From NCBI GenBank assembly GCA_040357565.1, contig JBDODJ010000098.1: a stretch of 41,929 bases of DNA, one strand, 5' to 3'. The notes beneath the pieces were generated by a model. That model saw nothing but the letters and a program-made list of their open reading frames with translations, was not told where the DNA came from and searched no databases. Every line of letters begins with the position of its first letter. Within the stretch, counting starts at the first letter, position 1. A program made the translations under genes and the position numbers. This document shows positions 23,734 through 34,898 of this stretch, piece after piece. The DNA is from Cercozoa sp. M6MM (lineage: Eukaryota > Protista > Endomyxa: Ascetosporea).

Positions 23734-26427
23734 TCACATGTACTGCGTGCGAGCGTCGTCCAGCATGCACGATATGGTGACAGGTAGTTCATTCTGTGGT
23801 CGCGCTGCCTGCCGTGAGCCTCCGTCGATTCGAACGTACACGGGCAGTCGAAACGTCGTCTCAAAGCACGGAAAACCGCGCGTGCGCCGCGCCGCGGTGA
23901 GTTTCACGTCGATGGAGGCCACTGTCTCAAATGTACCATCCGCCTGCAGGGCGCCTGCTTCACGAGCGGCGTGCCACCAGTGTTTCTACAGTACCACGAT
24001 TCAAATTGATTGTCACATCAAAAGTCAAAAGCAAAAAACTACCGCCTCAACGACAACGAAGGCAGTAGCTGTAAGACCCGGTGAGACATACTGCAGTGTA
24101 TCACTTTGTCCCAACGTCGCATGCGGGTCGCTTCTCGACACAACGCGCTGCAGGAACAGTCGGTAGGCATTCGCTGAGTTGCATGCACATGGTTGAAAGC
24201 AGAGCAAACACCGTACCGCCGTAGTTGGCTGAAGCTTGATGTGAACGAAGCGACTGTCCAGTTCGCGCGACAGTCGGAATTCAAACTTCTGAACAGTAAG
24301 TTTAAGTTAGTATGGTAGTTGCCATTTTGTCATTTCATAGCAGGAAAGAAAAGGAAGCACGACTTACAGAACGAAATTGACTCGTGTTCGTAATGCACAA
24401 CTTTAACACATATTTTCCTCGTGGTTGGTTGGTGTCACTGTCGTAGAGACCACCGGAAGTCGACAGTCCACTCATGTCGAGGAAGGGAACCACTTCCGAG
24501 GACTCCGGATCCTTGGCCTGCATGAATTGAATCCACTGCTCACCTTTGTTTGTGGTCTCAAAGCGTCGCAATGCACCAAGCACTGTGTAAGGCATCTTAA
24601 AGGCTCCTTTAGGGATGTTTCGAAGTATTTTTTTTGGGATCTGAAATAAAATTTAGAGATCGCGTTTTCTAAACTGTGGAAAAAGACAGTAGGTTTTTAA
24701 TACCGGTATTGTAGAGTGAGGGTGTGGGATTGGAACGTGTTGGAACGTGTGCTCCATTGGTTGGTTGGCATCACCTCTTGACTTAGAGGCGGGACCCTCG
24801 CCCTTTTGGAGGTACAGCTTCAAGTCATGTTCCTTCGTGGTCTTGAGGCGGAGCTTCTGCAGGTCGAACGTCGTTTCGAGCATAGCTATCTTGCGAAGGA
24901 AGCGTTTCAGTTCCCTTGGTCTGTGGAGAAGGAGCACATTCTCAGCAAATGCAGTGACCTTGTCGAAGGGCGCCGAAACTCTGGCGGCTGACCTATATCG
25001 CGTGAACATCGTTACAACCAACCGAACATGAAAGTAAGTTTACTTACTTCCCAATTCGCTCCTCAGAGTAAAAGATCTGTGCCAGCCGGCAAAGCAGCTC
25101 GACGAACTCTGCAAAGTCTAGGTCGTAGGCGTGCCTGCAAAAAAAGAAAGATACCGCGATTGAGAGGGGAAACTGAAGCGGTAATTTAGGGAACAACAGG
25201 CGGGTGGGTAAAGGGAAGGAGGTAATTTTATCAAGAAGTTTACGTATCAGCATGCAAACCGCGGTTACACTGCACTAGCAACCAGTTTAAACTCAAGTTT
25301 GCGATCGAAAATGCCTAGTAATCTGAACATACCTCGCGAAACAAAACAGCGATTTCGAACTTCCTCACGTAGCCCCATGGGAGAGGATGCGCCTGAGTGC
25401 GCTTCGTAGCAGACGTGCTTGCCTTTTGTTTGATGTCGTGCTCATTCAAAATTGCCTCAAACTCTTCCCTACCCTCGGTTGTGCCTCGCGTGTGAGGCGA
25501 TTTCAAAAGTACTGCTCCTTCGCCAACGAAATTGAAGTGTCGAGCAAGCGCGTAAAACTCGTTTAAAGACATTGTAGAGGAAGCTCTTTTAATGGACTGT
25601 GCACAAATATTGCAATTTAGGTTGCTATTCCCACAAACTACAAAACTGGTGGCATTTTCCGGTACCTCAAAACTGTCGCTGTTCTCCGGGGATACTTCGT
25701 GCGACAGCTGGACCTCTGGATCTTCTCGCACGCTAAAGGCTAGATACAGTAGCACACAACTAAATCCATCACAACACTGTTTCGGGTGAAATTGCAGCTC
25801 AGTATCGAGATTTGGTGTAAATACCCGCGAACAGGTCCACGAGTGGTCCAGGGTATCGGCGTGTCACATGAAGTTCGCTGTTGCTGGAACCGTCAAGGAA
25901 CTGCGTCAGTTCAAATGACGTGGACACTCTGAACTGTCTGCGTTCGATGCTTCCTTCTCTTTCGTATGCATGAGATTGATCCCTTATGCGATTACAGAAG
26001 GAAATGAAAGTCTTTGTGTTTTCGCGGCGAAGAGCGTGTTCGTCGCTGGAAAGAACATTCTGTCCACGTGACACGGCAAACTTCAGGTCGAAACAGTCAG
26101 TTGGAGATAGAACACGACTCATACAAGAAGCTGGCGTGCGCTGAAAGCGTGCGGGCTCACAGCGCGAGCGCTGTTCTTGGCAGAAAATAGTCGATTTATC
26201 ACGATGCAACGCTGTCGTTGCTGCACTTTTGGTGTCTGAGTCGCTTTCCCTGTCGACTTCATTGCATGTTTCTTTTCGACAGTTGTTTTCACTTTCTTCT
26301 TTCTGTTCAGTGGCAACTCGGTCACGTGCTCACCCGTTTTCGAGTCTTTCTTGACTTTCAACGGACGGGGAGTTCTTAGACACGCAGGCGAGCTTGTCAC
26401 TTCGAAAAAGCTCAGTGGTTTGTCCAT
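23734..26427 (-). CDS. Hypothetical protein, possibly ciliary, with EF-hand-like helical repeats and a C-terminal beta-rich (ASH/PapD-like) region
   Basis: In-frame exon chain containing MSLNEFYALARHFNF, FEIAVLFREV, DLDFAEFVELLCRLAQIFY, then VSPGLTATAFVVVEA...FRLPVYVRI. The start is uncertain. Confidence 0.55.
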
Positions 26428-26857
26428 CCTCCAACCGGGGTCTAACTACTGTCAGTTGAGCGTCACCTTCAAAGCATACATTTAAGATAGCACAAGTATC
26501 ATAGCATCGCTCTTACTGGGAGCTTTTTCGACAGTGATCAGGCGACATCAATGCACCAAGAAACGCTTTGTTCGCGTTCAGGCTGACGCGAATTGAAAAC
26601 TGAATGAACTGATTCCGTCAATGAAGTTACGAATGTCATACAGTACGACCAGCGATGTGTATGACACAGCAGCTTCGAGGATTGGCCAATTGCGGGTCAA
26701 TCCTTTACATTTTCTACTTCCATACTGACGGTCGACTCGAGAACTCCCGCCGACACACTTAGTTGAAAGAGTGCACTGCACTCCAATCAGACGGACGCTT
26801 CGACATTGAGAGTTGTTGCCTTTGCCGTTGTTGACAGCGTTTTGCGGCTGCAGCTGC

Positions 26858-29840
26858 TCAACGAGAACGACGTGTACTGTAGGCCATGTGCCCCTTGTAA
26901 AGTTGTTTACCTAATCGCGCGCTTGGGGACAGTTGTCGCCTTCTGTCGCGCTGCACAAGGGTCGTGTTCATCAATTTTGAGCTTCTCTCGGCCTCGGAAG
27001 TGGGTGCAGTGAAGATCCGCAAGCGAGGCCGCTGCCAATGCGGTGCTGTCGTTTCTCCTCGCTTTGGAGACTGATTCTTTCTTCTTTGGTTTGCAGAGTG
27101 CGTCATCGAAGAGCTCGACGTCGAAGAGCTTGACGTATCGACAGTGGATTCCGTGAGGTCGGATTCAACACTTGCTTGTGTGTGCGTGGGGGCTCTCGCC
27201 GTTTTCACGGCAGCGATTGCCTTAGTCGCAGCCAATGTGTTGGCTTCACACTCACCGAGTCGCGCCCGGAGCACCTCGATTTGCAACAGCAGCTCAGCCT
27301 TTGACCTTGCTATCTCGCCGTGAAGAATCTCCCCGAGAGACTGCAGTTCTTCGTCAAATTTGTCTCTAATTTCCTGGCGTACCCTCGACAAATCGAGCCG
27401 AGGTACAATGTCGCGATCAATGTGTTCATCTTTTGATTCAAGCTCGACGGCAGGAAGCGGAACAGTCTTCTGCAGCTGCATCATTGCATCCATCTGGTCA
27501 GTTTCAGTTTCAGCTTCGGCTTGTAAGGGTCTGGCATCCAGAAGTTCATGAGCTTGCTCAACTTTTGGTACATCCTCGATAGGCAAAGTCTCTGCCACAA
27601 CTCGCATGTGGAAGTCTTTGTCAGGTTCTTCGTTGAGGTCTTGAGAAGAGCGTCGACTTGGACTCTCCGAGGTTTCGGGAATCGGTTCTGTCACACTGCT
27701 TTTTACGCTGCTGCGAACGCTGCGATGACTACGCTTGCTAGCAGAGCCTGACTCGAAGTTGCGAACCCACTGCAATGACTTGGAGTCGACAGTTTGGGTG
27801 GTGTTTGCTTGAGCCGGAGCGACGTCTGTTTGAAAGACATTGTCCGTCGCTATTGTTGGAATGTCATCTAGTGGGTGCAATGCTACACTCACTGTCTCTC
27901 TCTCCTCCAAACTTTCGTCCAGACATGGCCTGTCGAGAGACGCATGTGACGTATCTTCGACACTGCTCGTCAGACTGACAGGCACTGTCTCTTCCGTATG
28001 GGACCTATCGGTCAGCATGAAAGTTGGAGAGTGGACCAAGTCGTGCAGAGTCTGTCACAAAGAGGTATAATTTAGAACAGCTTCTGTGGGGAAGATACTT
28101 AAAGCGTAGTGAGTGTACATCTTCGAATTGCGAGCCGGGCCTTCTCTTATGCGGTAGTGTCATTGATCTCGTCACCGAGAAGCGGTGCAACGAGTGAATG
28201 GACTGCCGCCACGAGTCCTGGTTCATCGATATTCGGTTGACCACGCCCGCATACGCCTAAACCAAACATCGTTTTATCTAACCAAAGAAAGTGATACGAA
28301 CTGGCAAATTAAAGGCAGGTACCTGATCACTGGCGATAAGGAGGGCATTTCGTGCTCGATCAGAGTCGTCTTCAAGACGAAGAATCGATTGAATTGCATC
28401 AGTCGGTTCTCTCGACTGAGGAACTCCTAACAAAGCAGCGTACGCGCAAAGTTGTGACAACAGCGCCTTCAGCATGTTCTCCGTCGGTTCAGACCACCGC
28501 ATGGGAGGGGGTGCGTCCTCGGAGATTTTGCTTGCCTCCACGAGCATCTCGTGGTAGACCTGCGCGTTTCCCGCCCCGACAGCGAGTGCGTGGACGACCG
28601 TGAGTCCTAAAGAGTTTTGACTCAGCGCCGGTTGAACTCGCAAAAGGATGGCGGCACGCACTACTAGCCTGCGATTGGCGGGAGGCACACGTGAGAGCAG
28701 CGCGCGAAATTGCCGCAGATCGTCAAAGCTCGGGTTCAACTCGTCTTTCCGTGAGTCCGCAATCACGTCAATTCTCACGTTTTCGGCATACGCCTCCACA
28801 TTTCCGACAGCTGGTAGATTGAGAAAGTGTCCCGACAGTGAAGCCGTTAAAACACTCTCAGGCATCAGACGAAGAAGCTGACACATTGACCGCAGCATGA
28901 AATGAAGCTCACTGAAAGTGCCGTCGCGGTCCAACGATTCAGTTGTCGTTTTGAAGAACTTCCGCACGGTCTGGGGCACTTTTAATGCCTCCTTGCGGAC
29001 CTGCAGCCATTCGCCGACCGCTATGCTTTCTGCGAGTCCCGACGGGTCTCGAACCATCATAGCGTCTCGCACGAGAATGCGAGAGAGCAAGTTCGTTTCG
29101 TGATCGTCCTCAAGCGAATTCGTCAAATCACGCGGTTGCAGACGCACTGCGTGTGCACCACTCATCTCGGAAAGCGCGTCACAGAGTGCTTCGGTCGGAA
29201 GCACGAGGTGCGGTGGACACGGGATTGAGTGCAGTGCGCATATGGAGCGGTCACGCTGCTCGTGCGACGATTCTTGTGATTCTGGAAACAGCGCCGACGC
29301 AATGTGGAAAATGGCACGCCGCCAAGCAACAAAATCGAACCTTGTTGCGGCGCGAAGACACACTGTTTTTGTCCTGGCTCCGTCGAAGCTGTTGCTCGGG
29401 TTCTTGCCAAAGTCGAGTGATATCTTCAGTGTCAATTCAAACTTTGCTTTGCGCACTGTCGGAGGCTCAATCATGGCACGCAAATCGATCGACTTCACCG
29501 GCTTGGCTCCACGGTCGCACTGTTGAGGGAAGGGACCTGGAAGATCGCGAAAGCCACGCAACATGTCGCAGTCGGCTCCACACGTGAACTCAGACAGTGG
29601 CTGCACGTCGCTGACATGTGCTTCGTTTCGCAAAAGCTTCCATGTCGCAGAGCTAGCGCATTTGCAGTCGCATTGGTAATAGCACAGCTTTGTGCCGAGA
29701 AGTTCGAACAATCGAGCATGCCATCGAGAGCCTGGTTTAAAAAAACACACACCTTGGTATCTTCCAGAGAAGTCTACATCCCGTTAGCGAGACCTACGTA
29801 TTAGCAGCGAGCTGCTTGATTTCCACAAAACCCCGCGCAT
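26858..29840 (-). CDS. PH domain + degenerate RhoGAP-like domain + low-complexity/coiled-coil tail
   Basis: PH: MRGVLWK...RWHARLFELLGTKLCYY...IDL...CLRAATRFDFVAWRRAI. RhoGAP-like: QLLRLMPESVLT...RALLSRVPPANRRLV. Contains 490-aa and 393-aa open frames. The 3' end is uncertain (about 26580-26860). Confidence 0.72.
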
Positions 29841-30520
29841 TGCTACTAGGTGCAGAATCGGGGACTACGCCGTCAAGGCGCTCTCACGCAAGGTCTCGCT
29901 TCCAGAAACGCTAACATCGACCAATGCAAAAACGCGAGAAAGCCCGGAGACGGATCAGTGCCCATATGAATACTACTGTAGATGCCGTTAGTTTAAAGCG
30001 CGCCGAAAGCAACTACAGTTCATGTTTTACTAATTATTTTTCTCAAACACAAAAGGAAACCAGAAACCGTGATCGAAAACACTACTCGGCCAAAAAAAAA
30101 AAAAAAGCGCGTGCCCTTGCCTTTTTTCCAACGTATCTTCTTGTGATTCCCACTCTACTGTACATATTTAGGTACGATAGTTGTTAAAGCACTCGCTGTC
30201 ATGTGCACAGCGGCCGCAGCGCGAACTGCTCGCTGTGCTGCTTTGTGAAAAACGCAGCCGATGATGCCCATGTGTGTGCACTGTTGAATGGGCAACATTG
30301 TTGCGAGTAAACTCGCTTGAAACGTGTTGTTTTGTGTTGTTTTGCGCACGTGATGCACTTTGCCGTTTTTGCTTTTTGTCCTTTTACCCGTTTGTTTTTG
30401 TGCTTTTGTGCTGACTGGTCTGTGAAGGGACGTTTTGCCTTGTGTGTGCAGTTTGCCTCCAAGTCAGCAGCTGTAGCTCGACTTCTTCTTGACGACACAA
30501 AGACACACACATACACAAGC

Positions 30521-32770
30521 ATGGCTCTCGAACTCCACGCTGACAACCGCGCCAAGTGGGACGAGATCGTGGCGCTCAACTACCAGGGCCAGGCCACGTG
30601 GTTCCTCAATGCCTTCTGGCAGGACGGCATGCGCGAGAAGGCCGAGGAGATCTGGAACTACATGCAGAAGTTCACGGAGATCGACGACGCCGGCGAGGAC
30701 GGCAACGAGCTCGACGAGTTCGAGGCGCACCGCTTCCTCGAGACAACGGATGGCGCTCTCACGGTGCTGGCGCTGCGTCAGAAGCTGCGTGATGTCGACC
30801 TCGACTTCAACGGCAAGATGGCGCTCATGGAGTTCCTCGTCTTCAACTACGACAAGAACATCAACGAGCTCATCACGGCGCCGCAGTCGGACAACAAGGA
30901 GCAGATCGAGGAGGCGCAGCGTCTGTACTCTTCTCTCTCTCTCCCTCTGTGTAATAGCTTTACCCTCCCTCCCTCCCAGGGTGAGCGGTGCCAACGAGGC
31001 CCTGCTGGAGGCGCAGAAGGCCGCCAAGCGTGCTATGCAGGCCGAGATGAAGGCCGTCGAGGAGGCCAAGGCTGCCAAGCAGGCTGCCGCCGCTGCCAAG
31101 GTATCTATTTTTCTCATTTTTAATATTTCTTTTGTTAATTTAATTTTATTTATCTTATTTATCTTTAGTTTTCTTTAAGTTTAAATTTAATATATTGAGA
31201 TATTGCTCTATTTTGTTTGCCTAGGATGCCGCCGACGAGGCCGCCGCCAAGAAGGAGGTCGCCGAGCAGTCGGCTGCCGCTGCCAAGGTATACTGTTCTT
31301 TCTATCTCTATATAGCTTATTTATTTATTTTTATGTTTATTTATTATCGGTTGTATGTATAGGCCGCCGCCGATGAGGCCGCAGCCGACGCCGCGAGTGC
31401 CGCGGAGGCCGAGCAGAAGGCCAAGTCGGAGGCACAGGCCGCCGCCGAGGCCGAGGCGCAGGCCAAGTCGGACGCGGCAGCTGCCAAGTCGGCCGCCGAC
31501 GAGGCTGCTGCTTCGGCGGCCGTTGCTGACGAGAAGAAGGGTCTCGCCCAGGCCAAGGTGGGTCTCCTGTAGCCTACATATATTTACCACATATTTACTG
31601 TACACATGTGCTGTGCATTAGTACTGTACATTAGTACATTGGAACATGTGTGAGTAGGAGGACGAGGCCGCCGCCGTGGCAGCCGAGGTGAAGGCCGCCG
31701 TGGACGCACTCAAGGCCGAGGAGGACGCCTACAACGGCAAGATCGCCGAGCTGTCGGCCAAGAAGGAGGACCAGTCCATCGGCATCGTGACGCGCAACCG
31801 CGCCGCCGCCGAGCTGGCGCAGCTCGAGAGCGAGGACCCGCTTCCGCTGCGTCGCGCCAAGATCACGCAGGAGTCGGCCCTCAAGCGTCAGCAGAAGGTC
31901 GTCAACGCGCTGGCCAAGGTAGGTCCTTCCTTACCTTCTACCCCTCCTATCCCTACCCCCTTGACCCCCCTTGACCCCAGGTCACGGAGGAAGCCAAGGC
32001 TGCCGCCGACGCCGCCGCTGCCGATGCCGCCGAGGCCAAGTCGACGGCCGACGCTGCCGAGGCGAGTGCTGCCGATGCTGAGCAGAAGCGTGTGGCTTCC
32101 GATGCCGCTGCTGGTAGGCCCTACCTCCTCCTACCCTACCTACCTACCTACCCTGTCCTACATGTAGTCGACGCCGAGGAGAAGCGTGTGGCTGCTGAGG
32201 CTTCGGCTGCTGCCGCCGACCAGAAGGGTACCCTTGATCACTGTGCTTGCTCATGGTGTGTATGGGTTGGTATGCCTTGATCATTGTGTGTATGCACAGC
32301 CAAGGAGGCCCACGGCAAGGCCATGGAGGCCGCTGCTGCCAAGGCTGCCGCCGACCAGGCCGCGCACGAGGCCGAGCAGGCTGCCCTGCACGCCGAGGAG
32401 GAGGCCAAGAAGGCCGCCGCCGCTGCTGCTGATGCCCAGCAGGTATACACACCTACATATATCTGTCTATATATGCATCTGGTTGCTCCTGTGTCCAGGC
32501 CGAGGCTGACGCCGAAGCCAAGGTCGCCGAGGCCGAGGCTTACCTCGACGAGGTCAAGTCGCAGGACGGCACCTGCTCGGGCGCCATCTGGCTCATGATT
32601 CGCTCCATGGAAGAGAGCGCCAAGTTCCTGGTACAGCGCTTCTTTCCCTCTGACTGCCCCCCCCCCCCCCTAACCCTCTTGTTTTATGCCTTCGTGTTTC
32701 TCTGTAGCCGTCGTCCAAGGCCGCTGCCATGCGCGAGAAGGCCGCCAAGATGAAGGCTGAGCTGAAGTAA
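30521..32770 (+). CDS. Calcium-regulated actin-bundling protein (Dictyostelium ABP34/abpB family) with long Ala/Glu/Lys-rich helical inserts, 10 exons
   Basis: QATWFLNAFW, GNELDEFEAHRFLE, LRQKLRDVDLDFNGKMALMEFL (EF-hand), GIVTRNRAAAELAQL and GAIWLMIRSMEE are colinear with ABP34 QAVHFLNAYW, GNDLD, VDVNFDGRVSFLEYL, GVK...LAQI and GAIWWMNRDLEE. Very strong codon bias. Confidence 0.82.
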
Positions 32771-33200
32771 ACGAACGCTCACCAGTCCTCTCTAGCTATG
32801 GACGTTTCTGTAACAACTAAACTTTAAATCACAACAGAACCAGTCGGCCTTCAATCGAGTCGTTAACAGTTTCCGTTCAGTCAGAACTAGTGTCATGTAT
32901 GTAGGGCGGTCCTGCTGTGTTTCGACGCGCGGTGGCCATTCAAGTCCGGTTGCGGTTTTAGCTTACAGGCGTATGTGACGCTATCATGCAGCGAATGCTG
33001 TAGTAGTCAATTTAACAGAAGTAGATTTGGTACTATTCAGTTGCTGCACCCACCGGCCGGCGTGCACATTCAATAATAGTCCGCCGTCGCTGACTGATGC
33101 CTTAGCAGCTCTTTTATTTGATCGGAAGGTTTCCATCGTAATCCGACCTGTACAGTCCACATGTGTAGTACTCTCAATACGCTGATACGGCGTTCGATAT

Positions 33201-34609
33201 TTAAAGCGAGTGTACGGCACGTTGTGTCCGAACAACGGCGGGGACACAAGAGGTCGCGAGCTCTCCGACCGGGTGAGGAGAAGAAAAGCGCACGCAAGCA
33301 GCGCGAGCAACAGTGTGCGGTGCGCCAGTGCAGTCGTTTGTCCTGTCTTCGCGTCTTGTTTCGTTGTTCTCTCTGCCAAGCGTCACGTGTGTCACGTTTT
33401 GTAGTCTTTTTTTGTGTGTGCTAAGCAGGGGCAAAGCACAGGAGAAAGTACCACATGAGTCGCTGCTTTCGTTTACTTCGATGTACAAATGCATGCGGAC
33501 CCGAGCGTCCAGTAATACACGTCGACGGGGCTCGATTATGCGTAGTCTGGCATCCAAACCACGTGTGCGTTTCTTGCGCACAAGAGGGAAAAACGAAGAC
33601 GGGCATCATGTTGTCAGTGGAACAGAGAAGCTAACCCTTCGTCGCGTCTTTTTACCCTGTGAGCTCTTCAGCTTGTTGGAAGCCAGGCGCAACAACAAAG
33701 CGTCGATGCGGGCACTCAATTTGGCGTTTTCAGCCCGAAGTTCTTCATTCTCGGCCTCCAGGTCGCCCACCCGCTGTGTTGTTGCTTTCAACGGGACTCG
33801 AGCGTCCTTTGCAGCCATTTCAAGTTTCACATCGGTGATTTTGTTCTGCTCGACGTGTTCAGTTGCAGTAACAGATCGGCACTTTGAACACAATGTCTTG
33901 GAATTTGAGGCGATTTCCTTCAGTTGAGACAATGCAGCCTGCAGTGATTGCTGTGTTTCCGACTGTGCAGCTTCCTCTGATTGCTCGAGCCGAACCTGCA
34001 AACGACGAATATTGCGCGTGAGCACCTCTTCCTTCAGCAGAGCCCTCGAGTTCACTCGCGCCTTTAACTCATCACGCTCTCGTGTAAGCTGCTCGATTTG
34101 CAATCTCACTTCAGCCAGCCGCAGCGAACTTTCACGTTGCTGTCGGACACCACTCTCTTCCGAATAGAAGATTTACGTTAGAACCACTGTTAGTGTACCT
34201 TGTTTTGGACGACATCTCGCAGTTTTCTTTCAAATTGGAGTCGTAACTTCTTCTCCTGGATCCAGACAAAAATCACGATCAAGAGTTCAGTACAAGTTGT
34301 GAGTGCTGATTATATGGTGTTTACTTGAGAAAGTTGTGCGATCTGGACATCGTTCTGAGCCAGTTGTCTTTTCAAATCGCTGCATATGCGAAGCAAAGAG
34401 TTTGTGCGACTGCTTAATTCAAGCAAAGTTTGCGCTGCCTGGTGCAAGTACTCGTGCCGAATCGCTATCGCAGAGTTGTGCTTGCTAACCAACCGTTCGA
34501 CAACACGCTTGGCGTGAGCGAGCAACTGGGCACGTTCATCGTGCTCGCGCTCGAGCAAGGATCGACACAAGGATTCGAGACGTTCGCAGCTGTCGCTGTT
34601 TCCAGTCAT
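33201..34609 (-). CDS. Hypothetical coiled-coil protein
   Basis: Heptad-rich exons (MTGNSDSCERLESLCRSLLERE..., LQIEQLTRERDELKARV..., VGDLEAENEELRAENAKLSARID). The stop is either 33606 or, via a further intron, about 33201 or 32984. Confidence 0.6.
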
Positions 34610-34898
34610 AGGTTCAGGTTCAGCTGAGCAACTCAAAGGAATTGACGGAAGGGCACCACCACGCGTTAACGTTGTTTTGTGTTTAGCCGTACAGCGCAGC
34701 GCTACAGCTAAAGAATCGAGATGCTCAGGGAAAACTCGAGTTTGGCGTTTCTCAAACAGATACACAAAAACAAAAAAAAAACAAAAAAGTCGATATTGGC
34801 GGTCTCAAAAAAACAATTGATCGACACTATCGAAGCGCATTACAGAGAACGGTACACTTCCTGAGTGTGTAAGCAGCGTAGGCACACGTGGGCGCAGC

